Shown: positions 13,560 to 26,600 of the stretch, piece by piece
Layout: each line of letters begins with the position of its first letter
How positions within the stretch are numbered: the stretch's first letter is position 1
Assembly (NCBI GenBank): GCA_964187785.1
Contig: OZ076411.1
Location: 52,948,001-53,012,000, forward strand
Length of the DNA stretch: 64,000 nt
Reading direction: 5' to 3'
From: Amphiscolops sp. MND2022
Lineage: Eukaryota
The notes under the pieces: model-generated
Databases searched by the model: none
Told to the model about the DNA's origin: nothing
The model's input: the letters and a program-made list of their open reading frames with translations, nothing else
Program-made: the position numbers and the translations under genes

Positions 13560-15040
13560 CGTGATTGTCAAATTCCCAAAAGGCCGCAAAAAAGCACGTT
13601 TTTGGCTATTTCTCGGCAACCACTGGTGAGAACTACTCGCGGTTTTTTGCGTTAGCAACGTTATCTCCTTTACTACTTGAAAATTAGCAGTGAAAACCTT
13701 GCAGGATCCAATTAAAGTTTTTAAAGTACACTTCTGCACACTCTGGGATATGTACCAAAAGTACGTATTTCTACCAAGAATTTTTTCTGGATTGCTTTTG
13801 GTCGTTCTGAGATGTTTGACCAGTGACGTGAACGTACTTTATAACTTATCACCAGGGGCTGGGGTTGTTTTAATCATCAATTGTGTTTTTATACCGCTCA
13901 GGTCTATAGCGGTTTTTGGTTACACTTAAGGTTTTTGGTTACACTGAAGTCTCAGGTGAAGAAACTTAAGGCTTTGCCCTTGTCACGTTTGGTCACAATG
14001 GCCAAAATGGATTATTTTTCAACAAAAATTGCCAAAGTTTTCGCGTTTAGCTGAACAATTTTTTCTGTTCCTGACCTGGTAGGTTTAATGGAACGTTTTT
14101 TTTTCAGAATCCCACTGGCCGTACCTCTATGTAAGAAACTTTGGGTGCCAAGAAATAATGAAAATTGAAATTCGGACTATATTAGCTAAGCTATCGTTTC
14201 GAGCTCGCTGTTTTTTTCACCAATTGATCGAAATACCCGCAGGATGTTTTTCTCAGTTAGTATGGGTAATGTTAGGCCTGGGAATATGCTTTTAAAAGTA
14301 CAAACTAGCAGCTGTCGTAGGTTTAGCAATCAATGGGGGAAAGTGGTAGAGCTGCGGAGGACTTCACTTCTTTGTGGCAGCTGGTGGGGACCTTCACATT
14401 GCGTCCTCACAGTCCCGATACATTGCAAATTAGCTGAAAAAGAGCCTCAGAACCCTTTAAAACAAGTTTCGGATAGGCCGGAACAGCTATTCCAACAGAT
14501 ATTAAAAGAACTAAAGAGGTACTCTGTATTCAATTGTCTATTTGTTGTTCCAGACCCCGGAAACATGCAAGAAACGCAAGAATTCTGTTAGCAGGAAGCC
14601 TACCATGCTTGAGAAAAGCTATAACAATAATCTAGGACCCTCCCATAGGTTTTTCTAGATCCGGACCTAACAAGGCCGGAAAGCAGGAAAAGCTTCTAGA
14701 CGACGTAAAATGAAAAAAGGTCCCTTGTAGAAAAAGTCCGCCATTAAAAACATTCTAGATGTAACGTCAAGCTAACTGCCACATTCTAGAAGTGCGTCAA
14801 TACCTAGATTGCTTGAACAGGAGACCAGTGTCTTACTACATCAAAGACATTAGTTATTAATCCCAAAATAATCTTCTAAGGGGACTTTTCTAACGTCATA
14901 GGAGGTTCCTCTGTTGAAGCTCCGAGGTGACATGCCGGCTTTCTCAAAGTCCGGAAACGTTCCACAAGCCTGTAAAAACTCGTCCTAAGGACCCTAACGT
15001 GTTTCAGCGACCCCTACATACTTCCTACTCTCATCAGGCC
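13560..15040 (-). repeat. Long copy of the diverged interspersed repeat family, inverted relative to 19700-21260
   Basis: Colinear reverse-complement matches, e.g. ttttcaccaat.gatc.aaatacc (~14215 vs ~20515), ttttctgttcctgac (~14060 vs ~20665), ctcaggtctat (~13895 vs ~20905), gcggttttttgcgttagcaacgtta (~13640 vs ~21170). Confidence 0.75.
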
Positions 15041-15536
15041 ATGAGCAATGCCCGTGACATGTAAAACAATGGGAAATAATGCTTACAAATCCGTGCCTGC
15101 TTTCTTCATGTATGCTGCCCCTTCGGTCATTTTAAATAGGAAATATATTCTTTCCGCAGAGTTGAGACATCTGGAACTGGTTGCGCTGTGTAGGTTTCGA
15201 TAAATCCTCGGAATTTATAATTTCAAGTTTTTCTATAGGAATATTCGCTGAGATTGAAGCTTCAGTAAGGGCAGCGAAAAATGGATTGGCCTCACTTGAT
15301 CCGACAGAAAATGATAACTGCTGCTTTCGTTTCTAGTCCAATGTAACTTGTATTTGATGTTTGGCGGAATTAGGATGTTCGTTGACTCGAAATTTGATGT
15401 TACTCTGTGCATATTCGAAAGGTACTAGGCAGATTCGACAAATAAACTTGTTGTCGTCTTGAGAATATTGCCATATAGACGTTCCACCGGGTGATACACT
15501 AACTAAATTTGTTCCTGTAATTTTGTCTTTAGGCAT
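15022..15536 (-). pseudogene. hAT-superfamily transposase remnant (BED-like zinc finger, CGGBP1-like region), internally deleted
   Basis: Minus strand: KFICRICLVPF...VNEHPNSAKH (C2H2/BED-like), then FFAALTEASISANIPIEKL, and after a frameshift FRGFIETYTAQPVPDVSTLRKR, then LHVTGIAHGLMRV (hAT HxxCxAH-type motif). Confidence 0.65.
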
Positions 15537-15585
15537 ACTGCGCTCAAATGAACATAATGTTCCAGGGCAATTTACAAAGCAAGAT

Positions 15586-15695
15586 ACACTCTCTTACAAA
15601 AGTTGCTTTTGTGTAATATCAACACTCACTTAAACAGGTTGCTATTGTGTAAGATAAACACTCACTTACACAGGTTGCTATTGTGTAAGACAAAT
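15586..15695. repeat. Three ~36-bp tandem units, each with an internal hairpin
   Basis: Unit acactcacttacacaggttgctattgtgtaagataa; cttacaca pairs with tgtgtaag. Lies just upstream of the hAT remnant (possible subterminal repeats). Confidence 0.85.
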
Positions 15696-16303
15696 ACAGG
15701 TATTTGCAAATTCAGGACGCTATTTCTTACAAATCTCCGAACACTTTATATATTCCCAAGACATACAAGTGTCCCTTCTGTGTTTCAGATGCTATTTCAA
15801 TGAAAAAACGGTGAAAATTGCGTAAAAAATTGAAAAATTGCGTATAAACGAAATATGGCAAAAGTTGCACGAAAAGTTGCGTTATTGCTTTACGCATCCA
15901 ACATAAACCTTCATGGTCCAGACTATAATCAGCCTGAAACCATGAATAGAAAATTAGGATAACATAGTCAAGTAACGTATACACTGATGAAATTACTAGA
16001 TATTCCTCATTCCTCAACCAAAGTGCCAATACAACAACAAAACAAAAAACAAGGTCGCAATCATCAAGTTTTGGCACCTTTTGCTGAATTAATGGTAATT
16101 GTTCTCGAAAAGATCACAAAAACACACTGAAAAGTGGGTACTGCTGTAACAAAAGCATTAATGATTAAGTAAAGAGTGGCTGAGAACAAAGTGTGTGGAT
16201 ATAATTTGTCGTTAACTCCGCAAAGAGTTTTACCGGTTGAGACATGCAACTTATAGTTCGGTGATACAAATGGTCGAACGTGGCTCTAGTGCCGGTTCTG
16301 CAT

Positions 16304-16639
16304 TCAGCCTATTAACGTGTGGTTCTCAATATCTGAAAAATATTTCAAGTGACGTTTTGACTTTAATTTCGAGACTGTTTTTTTGATTCGTTGGCTAACT
16401 GTTGGCTGAGCGAATTCGCCTGTTGTGTGAGAAATGTGCTGGAAATCGTGTTTTTTATGCGCGCAACAAGCATGAATTGGAACTAACGAATTAGATGCGT
16501 AAACTCTAAGCGGCACTGGGTTAGCATCACATTCTTTCCCTACTCTAATTAGGATCTCCAATCCAAAGAAAGATCCTTGAAACGTATTCAACTTCATAAA
16601 TTGACAATTCATGCTCGAGACATTTTTAGGAGTCAACAT
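16304..16639 (-). pseudogene. Possible PIF/Harbinger transposase N-terminal remnant
   Basis: PLRVYASNS...GEFAQPTVSQRIKK...LKYF resembles the HARBI1-type LRFYATGS...GISQPTVSR helix-turn-helix region; no DDE core recognised. Confidence 0.3.
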
Positions 16640-19249
16640 GAAGACGTCTAAGTTCTCACACTCAGGTCAAGTTTTTCCCCAATTACTTGGTCGTCGAATT
16701 TCCAAAAGTGACCTAAAAACGAAAATCCGTGTCTCAGACGTTGTTCTTTGATCCAATTCACACGCAAAGAAAATGGAACCAAAAAATAAATTTTTCGTTT
16801 CTTGGGATTGGAAAACAGATAATGACTACTAGACTGTCATGAAACAACCTGAAAAAAGGTTAAAAGGGATAATTTCTACGGCTTTAAATCAAACACAATG
16901 TAAATTTCATATGATAAGACATAGGGTCTCGAATAACGTCTAAGGAAAACGTTTAAAAGTGTTTCGGGAATAACGTATATAAGAATAGTGTCTGAAACTC
17001 AATGTTTTAGGATAGGGAATGAGCAAGGCCTGGCTTTAGAGGTTGTTCCCGTTTTGCATTTAGATGCTATTCATCAGACGCTATTCACGCTCGCCTATTT
17101 GACACATGAAAGGCGTGTTCATGACTTTAGGAGCTCTTTTGAACATTTTCCACGTAGCAAAGTGCCTAAAAAGATCAACTTTTTCTCGAAGCGAAATTGC
17201 AAAACATAAATCGTAGTGAAGATAATGAAATGAAAAAAAGTTCATTCTACCTTTACTTTTGTTTTTTTTTCCACAAACCAGTGCCCGTCTGAATCAACAT
17301 GCCGTCCATGAGAAACACAACAAAACCGTGGAGACCGTCTTCCAAAAGTTTGTGTGTGAAACCCTTTTGAGAAACTTTCGAGTACTCATTTGTCTTCCTG
17401 CTGAATTGATTGGTATGGAGCAGCAATTATTCAGCAAAACACTCGTTACTGCAATGGATGAAACTCTCTTTACGGCTGACGATGTACCTCGTTGTATTCT
17501 TGGACTAATGGTAAGAAAACAAAGTTACTAAATTATTGTCTTTTCAGAGATCTATATCTAACAAAATCTAGAACACAAATACACAGCTAAAGGGTTTTCA
17601 TCTCAAAATATACTGTTTAACAACAGTACAGCAGGTACTGTCTGTACCGTATCCAGGTAGTGGTCACTAACGGATTAACTATATAACGTTCCCCTTTCTC
17701 TCTCCTGGGAGCTCACTGGAAGACAGATGTTCCTGCTGATTACATTTCGCCCGAAAGGAAGTCTGCAGGCTTCTGAACAGACTCGGCTTGGGAGTTCCCT
17801 TTGTTTGGTTCCCAATAGCGTCTGTTCCACTTCAGAACATTTAGTCAACCCCAAACGTTTCCAGTACATGGTATGTACATCACCGTACAATGAATATTTC
17901 AAAATTTTCATCTTTCAGTATTTCTCTGTCGGTGTGTATTTGTTTGACGTTTTTCCCTTTGTCTGTCCGGGTCGATGTGTACCTCCCGTCGCTTTCGGAT
18001 GTGTCATACTTCTTTCCGAATTCTTTAGCATCTCTTCGGCATCGTCGTCGTCTGCTTCGTCAACTTCCGAATCAGTCCCCGAAGTGTCTTGAAGTTTCTG
18101 TTTAGGATATCACTCAGGGTTTTGTCTGTACTTCCTCAGGGCTTTGTCCGTTTCATCGCCAGTACTTTACGCATAAGCGGCGCTGAACACGACGGTTTTC
18201 CAGGGTAATGTCTCAAGATTTGTAAACTGGTAACACACTTGCTGTTCTCCAACCGTCCGGGTAAGCCATGTTTGCCATATACGTTTGGAAAAAAAAGAAA
18301 AAATTAGGACTTAATGAATCTGATATGCTTTTGAGGTTGAGATTTCCAAGCTGGTCACACCCAGGTGCCTTCGATATATCTTATTTGCTGGTATAAAAGA
18401 TATTTTTTCGAGTCTTAGATCCAGGTGCTGCAAACAATGATTCTTATTTTTAAATGTGGAAGTTTCCAGTAAAACGTAAAAGAATTTCATTTTGGGATGA
18501 TAAAACTCTGAAAAAAACTTGCTAAACAGATTGACCATTTCTTCATCTGAGCTAGCTGTTTGCTTTTTCCAGTGGAAGGTGCCGAAGGTTCGACTTGGTT
18601 TCCTCTATGACCTAAAGTACTTTTGAAAAGAGCTGAAAAGTCTAGTGCAGTAGACATTTTTTTCAAATTCCATTTGATCATTTCTCAGTCTCTGTTCTTT
18701 TTGATGTTTTAACCTACCTAGGTTCAAAATATTATCAATGTTCTCGTCGGTTCAAGCTGTTTCTGAATCGGTCGGCCTCTCTCTAAACAGTTTGAAGTTT
18801 CCAGTTTTATCCACAGTGGTAGTATCACACGGTCTTTTATCTTCTTCAGAAGAAACGAACGAGAATTTCATGCAACCACTCGTAGCAAAACTGAACTATC
18901 ACATTTATATCACCCAGACAATGTGGATTGAACGGCTTGTTGACCAGGAAAAAGACCTAACGAATGAGACCTCAAACTTCAAAAGGAATAAGACCTGAGG
19001 ACCTAAAACACTTAAAATCGAAAATTAGTTAAACAAGACGTAAAAAACGGGAATAAGGCCTAAAGCATGGAATAAGACAGTAAAAAAGGGTTTATTTTTC
19101 AAGAAAAATACGTTTGAAGCCAGAAAAAACCAAATCTTACGAGAAAAATCTCTAGCAGATGGAATTGAGGCAATGAACACTAATAACCACTAAAAATAAA
19201 GTTCACAATCATTATTTTTTCTTCCATTCATTGATTTATTAAAGAGCCA

Positions 19250-21260
19250 TGTAATGTCCAGCAGCCTTGTCACAGAACACATGCCAGAATTTTACCAAAA
19301 TTCGAAGTACCACACAATACAAAAAAGGCCGACCTGGCAGGTACTGGAAATCATATAGGAAGACAATAATGAAACAACAGAGAAACCCCGCCAGCAGCTT
19401 CCAGAAAGAAACAATACACACCCCGTGGAAACTCTCAGGAACCCAAAAGTGACGACAGCAACGAAAAGACCTCCAGAAACGCAAAGTTTACAAGTTAAGC
19501 CAGAAAACCCCAAAAACTGCAGAGTGAGCTTCATTTGGTATGCAGTATCAGGTAATCAAAGTCTCGGTGAGGCTTCGATTCTACGTTTAATGACAGTAAT
19601 TTCCTCAGCAGTGCAATATTTCAGGTATTTGGAAATGTATGTTTTATTAGATCCTGAGTTTTTCAGCGTATCTGGTCAATAAATGTACTGTAGCTGAACA
19701 CCTGTTTTGGACTTAGAAAGTATGTAAAAAGTCTCAGGACCACTAGAAACCATTTTTCCCAAGCTTGTGGGGTGTGTTCGGAATTAGAGAGTGCCTGCAT
19801 GTTGCCTCGGAGCTCTAACATGAGGAGCCTCCTCTGCGTATGCAAAGTCCTCCTGGACGACCAATTTGGGATCAAAACTGATGTTTAGATATGTATTAAC
19901 ACAATAGTCTCCTGTCAAAGCGTTCTAGACCTTGTACCGGCTCTAGTATGTGCAACTCTTGTTAGACGTTACATCAAGAACATTTTAAATGGCGACCACA
20001 GAGGTATAGTATTCACTTTTTTGTCAATATTTGGAGTTTTTCCTGTCTTCCGACCCAGTAAATTCCGGATCTAAGAGAAACAAATGGGAGCGCCCTTTTT
20101 TGTGTAAATCTCTATTTCGAGTCTGCCAGGGCTTCCTTCTAACGTTTGTTTGCGTTTTTTGCTTGCTTCCGAGATCTGTCGAGAGAAATTGACGTTTCAT
20201 AGCTGAGTACCCCATCAAATGAACAGCACCTGCTAAAATTGACTATCCGGATTTTGTTTTAAAGGGTTTTGAACCCTTGCTGTAGCTAATTGTTAATTTA
20301 CTGTTTCTGTCGGGAACTTTGGTGGATGTCTTCACTGCTTTGGACTCGTTTGCCAGCAAAGTGCAGACACTACCCTTTTTCGACACTCTCACTGGCTAGG
20401 ACACCCACAGAATAGGCTTAGTCACTTTGTCCCTTTGTGTTTAGTAGCCCCTAAGAATTTTCCCAGGCCTACTTTCACTATTACTAACTGGGAATTTACT
20501 CGTTAGGTATTTTGATCGATTGGTGAAAACTTTCAGCAACTTTCAGCTATAATAGTCTATTTGGACCAATTTTCACTTTTGTTACTTTCAAAAACCAAAC
20601 ATTTTCAAAAGAAAGTACGGTCAGTGGGAGCACAAAACAAAACATCACTAGACCTAATATGTCAGGAACAGAAAAGTTAAGCAAGCTAGTTTCTGGGACA
20701 CCGAAAAACCTAGCTATTTTGTTGACAATTAGTCAAGTTTGTCCTTTTGGCCAAATTGGATGAAGGCGAACTCTTGAACGTTAATTGCCAAGCCTTCACA
20801 GTGATATAAAAACTTGGTAATACGAGACACTATTGCCAAGACAGTTTTAAGACTCCCCAATACAAGTTGAAACTGGATTTGTACCAACGGCAAAGACATG
20901 AGTAGAGGATGCCATAGACCTGAGTGATATAAACACAAAAGTAATGTTTGAAACGACCCCTGTCTCCTGAGAAAAAGTTGTGCTACAGTACTGATAAAAC
21001 AGCTGAGAACGTCTGAGAACAGAAAAATAAAATTTTCATGTTAAAATTACGTAATACTGGTACTGGTCCCAGAGTGGAAAAAGGTTTACATTGAAAAATT
21101 TTTGAGAGACCTTTTTTGAAACCTATCAAAATTTGCTTGCCTTTTTCCAGATACTTCACTGTGTAACGTTGCTAACACAAAAAACCGCAAATGATTCCGA
21201 CCAATGGTTGCTGAGTAGTTCCGAAAAACGTGTAATTTTTGCGACATTTTGAGAACCCTG
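19250..21260 (+). repeat. Long copy of the diverged interspersed repeat family
   Basis: Homologous to 10130-10820 (same strand) and to 13560-15040 (inverted); see those entries. Confidence 0.7.
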
Positions 21261-23099
21261 TTGTCGATATCTCTCCTAAAACGAGCAGCTCAAAACGGAT
21301 TGCACCAACTTGTAGACCGAGAAAATTACGTTAGTGGTGTAAGTTTTGTTGCGGCGCTAGTGTTACTAGTCAGTGAGAAAAAATAGTTGCAGTTTTCTTA
21401 TACATAGTGTGAAATTTAAGCTAAAATCGACTTTTGATTGAACACATTGCGCTATATCCGTGTTATCCCAGCATCGAACTTTTCCTTTTTCGCCAAAACG
21501 GTACAAAAAGTCAACGACTTCTGTATTTTGAGCAGCCCGCAATCACCCAATTTGGCGAAATGCCCTTTTTTGTGAAATTGGAATCAAAACATGACACTTC
21601 GGACCTTCGAATACTTGCCGGGGCACCGCGTTATTTTGTTTTTCTGTTACGTGGGCATATTTTACGCTCGAGTACAGAATTGCAGGTATCTAGGAAGCCT
21701 GCAAAGCGAGTTTGACAAAAAATGACAGTTTCACGACGTATAATAATTTTTGGTGCAATCGGTATTGAATTCGACACGATTCAGCTACAGTAGAACAGGT
21801 TGTGAAGTTTTCATGTCTCTAGCATCACTGGAAGTGAGTTTTGGTTTCCTCAGGCGTGCGTGTGGACGAAAAACAGCTGATTTTGGCGAATTTTGCATAA
21901 ATGTTGCTCGATTGTTTCAATTTTATCCTGTAGGAAGTGCCGTAACGACTTCGCTTTTACTCTAGACACACCACGTGTTACAAGTCGCTGAAGCGGGTTA
22001 CGCAGTAACCGGACCATCACAACATTTTTGGGTCTCGCGATAAACTGTCTACGAGACATAGAAAGGAAAGACGTCAAGACTGCGTTTTCCTCTCAACAGA
22101 TATCAAAGTCACCTGAAGGCAAACTATTAGCAGAGATTGCGCATACTCAACCCCAATCGCATTGCGCAAGATCTAGCACGCATTTATAGGCACTTTTAGA
22201 GGTTTAGATTTTGTACGCAGTGCGTCTCGAAAGCCAAACAGAACAAAACAAGTAAACTAGTGACTTGTGTTAGAACACTTTTTCTGATCGTACTACAATC
22301 GTAATTGACGAAAACACTTCAAACTTGGTGTCTTCCTTCCTGATTACCCACAAGGTCTACCCCCAGTCCCTGATTCACTGATTTTTTCAATCGCTCTCTC
22401 GAGAAATACGGCAGCACTAGTGACAAAAAACTTTTTCTGTTAATCTAACGTCCGTTACGCATGCTCCTCAAAACCTAATGTCAGTCGCTCGATTCACCCC
22501 TAACGTCTACCTGTGGTGCCTGTCACTGCATTTGTGTGAGCTATGTTGATAGACTAGAGAATGGCCCGGGGATTTCCGGTATCGTCCAGAGCGAAACAAC
22601 ATTGAGCACGACATTTTACCCGGCGCTTGGAAGCTCTGATAACTGCCTGTTCAGCGGACGTGTTTTCGAAATACAAAACATTGCTGTAGAACTGGTTTTA
22701 AGGCCAAACACTGTTGTTTTCATGATCTAATATAATTCTTGATTTAGAAATTCTGTAGGTTCTAGTATATCATCGCTGTCGACTTAATTATCCTCTGGAG
22801 ATGCAATTTACTAACATCTCTTACCTATACACTGGTGCTTACACTACTTAGTCAATAGTTTGATTTGAGCCTATACTTCCAACACAATAGAGTAAATGGC
22901 TCCTCTCATTTGTGGGCGTGATGTTTTTCATGCTTCATGAGATTTGCCTAACAATTGCTGCTATTCAGAGTGCAAATCCTGTCTGCCATGCATTACGACA
23001 CTTTATCAAGATCAGAGTTGTTAGTTTATGCCTTTCAAGTGCTATCGTGCATTGAACAAACTCTTACATATCAAGTGTGCGCCAGGTTGGAGCCAAAAC

Positions 23100-23640
23100 T
23101 GTTGTGGTGAGTGCATTTTATACAGATACCCTTCAGGAAAAAGCTAGAAGTTTTGGAGGGAGAACAAAAGTTTGAAATCATATTCAAATATATGCTAATT
23201 GTCTGAAATTTACAGATTCTATTCCAGTGCTACTAGCCATTTTTAGACGTACCGCGCAAAATAAAAATAGCCGATGAAGAAACTGTAGTTCAGTTTGAAA
23301 ATAATTTTTGTTTTATTTGAAAAGAGAAAGAGGAACACTTTAATTATCTCGAGTCGAAAACCGTACTAAATGATGTTTCAAACCCATGATTGAACAATAT
23401 CAAACAAATAAATGAGCATCGAGTTGTTCACAAACATTTCTAAACAAAGAAGTTTCGATATAGCAAATAAATGAAATAGGTCTTTAGAAAATATATTTTA
23501 CTATCTTCAGGAATACCGAATAATTGATGGTGTCGGGTATCGAACCCGTAATCTCATGGTTTCAAGCCTCAGACTTTAAAACTCGGCTATATCGGCTAGA
23601 TATTTATTTGTTTTAATCCGATCAAATTTGTTTTGCAACA
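23100..23640 (-). repeat. Putative 3' LTR of BEL element 2 (541 bp)
   Basis: Bounded by TGTTG...CAACA; begins ~90 bp after the integrase C-terminus (RPIVKLAPVF), in the same position as the LTR of BEL element 1. Confidence 0.6.
23525..23596 (-). pseudogene. tRNA-like sequence (SINE-head-like; anticodon loop cttgaaa, possibly Ser-TGA)
   Basis: Minus strand gccgatatagccgagtttt...gaggcttgaaaccatgagattacgggttcgatacccga: A-box tagccgagtt, T-arm cggg-ttcgata-cccg. The acceptor stem does not pair. Confidence 0.55.
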
Positions 23641-26600
23641 GACTATTGGCCCAAGAAAATGTGGAAACAAACATCAGAACTGAAAAGGGTATTTTTCGGA
23701 GAACGGTTTGCATTAAAGTAATATAGTTTATTTGGGATCAAAGGAATCGGGTGACGGGAAAACAGGTGCAAGTTTGACGATGGGTCGAACTCGGTTTCCT
23801 GTTGCTGTTTTCAATTCTGCAGAGCGGGCGACGAGATCTCGCCCTAGTGGAGTCGACCACTTTGAACGACAATTAATTGAAGGAACGTACTTTCTCGAAC
23901 AGCGTTCCCAAATGGCATCAGAATATGCTTCAACACGGAAGTAGCGCTTACGGTGGTCAATGTCGGCACGTTGGTGATATGGCATCGTGGAGCCGGCGGT
24001 TCCCAACAGGAAGTGGTTGGGGTTCAGGGCATCCAAATCAGTGGCGTCTGAACTTACAGGTAAAACGAGCGGGAATTGAGATTCTGCTCCACAAAACAAA
24101 ACGTAGTTGTCAAAACCTCATCTGTAAGTCGCCGGTTCCCGAGAATTGCGTAGAAGACGTGTTTAGAACTCCTTACAACACGTTCGCAGACGCCTCCGTT
24201 GTAGGGAGCACTTGGAGGATTAAACTTCCATGGAATCGGTTTTCTGACGAGCGTTTCCGGCAAGGTCTGTTGGTTCCAAGCTGATACATTTTGTAACAAT
24301 TCTTTTTCACTGGCAATGAAATGTGTTTAATTGTCAGACCACAAGACAGATTCAGTGACCGGCGGGCGGCAAAGCGCTCTATTCCCATCACACAGCTACT
24401 GGTGTCCATCGTAGGGACAACTTCGAAATAAACGGATCTAGTAGTTACACGTAGATCTAGTAGGTGAAAACGAAACCCCGTCGTTTCTCTGTTGACCTTT
24501 TAACAGGAACGTAGAAAGACCCGAAGTAGTCGATGGGAGTATTGGTGAAAAGAGGTTCTCTGTAAGCTAGTCTTTCGCGGGGAAGTTCTGCCATCATCGG
24601 ATTGATTGTATCAGCTCGTCGTTTCCGACGTGTAACACCATTCGAGACTACTGTCCGCAGGGCTGCTCTAACTTTGACACTAGCGAACTGTTGCTGCACT
24701 AGCGCCCTCAAACAGTCAACACCTTGATGGCAGCGTGTTTGATGGAGACGTTCTAAGAAAAGCCTGGGTAACAGGATGTCGGCTGTCGAATAGAACTGGG
24801 TGTTTGGCATCGAAGTTAGACATTCGAGTTGTTTTGTTCGGCCGGTTGCTCGCAAGAGGCCTTGTGGCCCAACGAAAAGGAAGAATTGGAGGATTTTGGA
24901 AACACTGTTGAGTGGGGATCCTTTCAACAACCTTTATTTCTCAATAGGAAAAGACTCCTGTTGCACATGGTTAAAAAGTCTTCTTTGAGCATTCTCTTAT
25001 TCTTGGGGATCAGTGACAGAGCCCGAAATGGAACGCTTTAGTTCGTTTTTTGGCAGTAAACGCAAAACCTAGGCAACAACGCGCAGGATTTTCTCGTACG
25101 AGCTGTACTTCTGCCTCTCGAAAGTTGTTGCGTTGCTAGCTACTGTTGCACTTAATGCAGTCTAAGTTTCGAAAGTAGTGAAATTGGGTTCTTGAAAGGC
25201 TGTCGGTTTTTGCTTTCAGTTTGAATTTAACGTCTGTTGGTGGTCAAAGGGCCAATCGGAAGTTTTCAGAAACGAAGGTCCAGTGAGCCAAGGGCTGTCG
25301 CGAAGTGACTTGGCACAAATTCCACGTGTCCCAGCTTCAATCGGGTTATCACTTGACTTCACCTAGTTCCATTCGTCTACCTTACTTAGTTCTAGGATTT
25401 CAGCGACACGGTTTGTAACGACGACTGGCTGCTTTTCTAACGAGTGGAGCCAATGCAGGACCGTCGTGCTGTCAGTCCATAGAAAAATCTTTCTTTCTCG
25501 TGAGGGCCTTTTGAATGTCTTTTCGAAGCCGTGCGGCAAGCAAGTAGGCTTGTAACTCGAGCTTGGGAATTGTGAGGGCTTTGATTGGTGCCACTCTAGC
25601 ATTTCCGAAGACAAAAATTAGTTCGGTACTGGTGCCGCGGTTACCTTTCCTCGTAAAAAGGCAATGGCGCTGAGAACAACTTGTGAGCTATCACTAAATA
25701 TATGCAGCTTCATTGATTCCACACATCCTTCGAAGTAGCTCCTTGGTTTTTCAGTTTTGCCCAACTTTGTAAACTCTTCGCTCTATTCAATGAACTTGGT
25801 TACAATCTCATCCGGTTGGTCATCGTGTCATTGTTGACAACTAAGTCTCCAGATGTCTTTCAACAATAACCTCGCTTGAACGGTGTAGGGAGGCACCATG
25901 CCTATTGGGCCGTACACCGCTGAAATTAAGCTCAACACTAACCTTTGTGTTATCGTTTTCGTGGTGTCGGGACTTGTGCCTCGACTCACTACGAGGGTAT
26001 CGGATGAGTGATTCCATTTGAGTCCCAAAACGTGGACACACTCTTCAGCGCTTGGTATTCTTTTTTTCTTGGTTCGATGTGAGGTCTGGTTCGAGCTTGG
26101 TTGGCAGCTGGCTCACGTTAGAAATGAACTTGGTTAGCTTGAATCCACCTCTTGCAAGTTGCTTGACTAAATCTTTTGCTCAATTACTGGCTTCTTCCAC
26201 GATCGGACTTGACTCCAAGTAGTCGTCCATGTAGAAGTTCCGGTTGACATTTTGAGCTGCTTGCGGAAAGTCGTTTTGGTTGTCCATGCCAGTACGTTTC
26301 AACGCGTATATGCCGCGCGTAGGTGAGTCTTTGAAGCCAAACACATGCCTGAAATAATGAAATACAGCTGTTTGGGAAGCTGGATCTTCCCATCACAGGA
26401 AACGAAGTGAAGGTCGGTCGCGAGGAAGTTCTCCAACTTGGAGAAACATTTCTTTTATGTCGGCGGAAACGGCATACTTGAACTGTCGAAAACGGATTAG
26501 ATTGTGGATTAAACTTTGCAGTAAGTCCGGTCCGGTAAACAAGGCGTTGTTCAGAGATTGACCCTGAAATTTTTCTGCTCCGTTCAAAACTCTGCGGACT

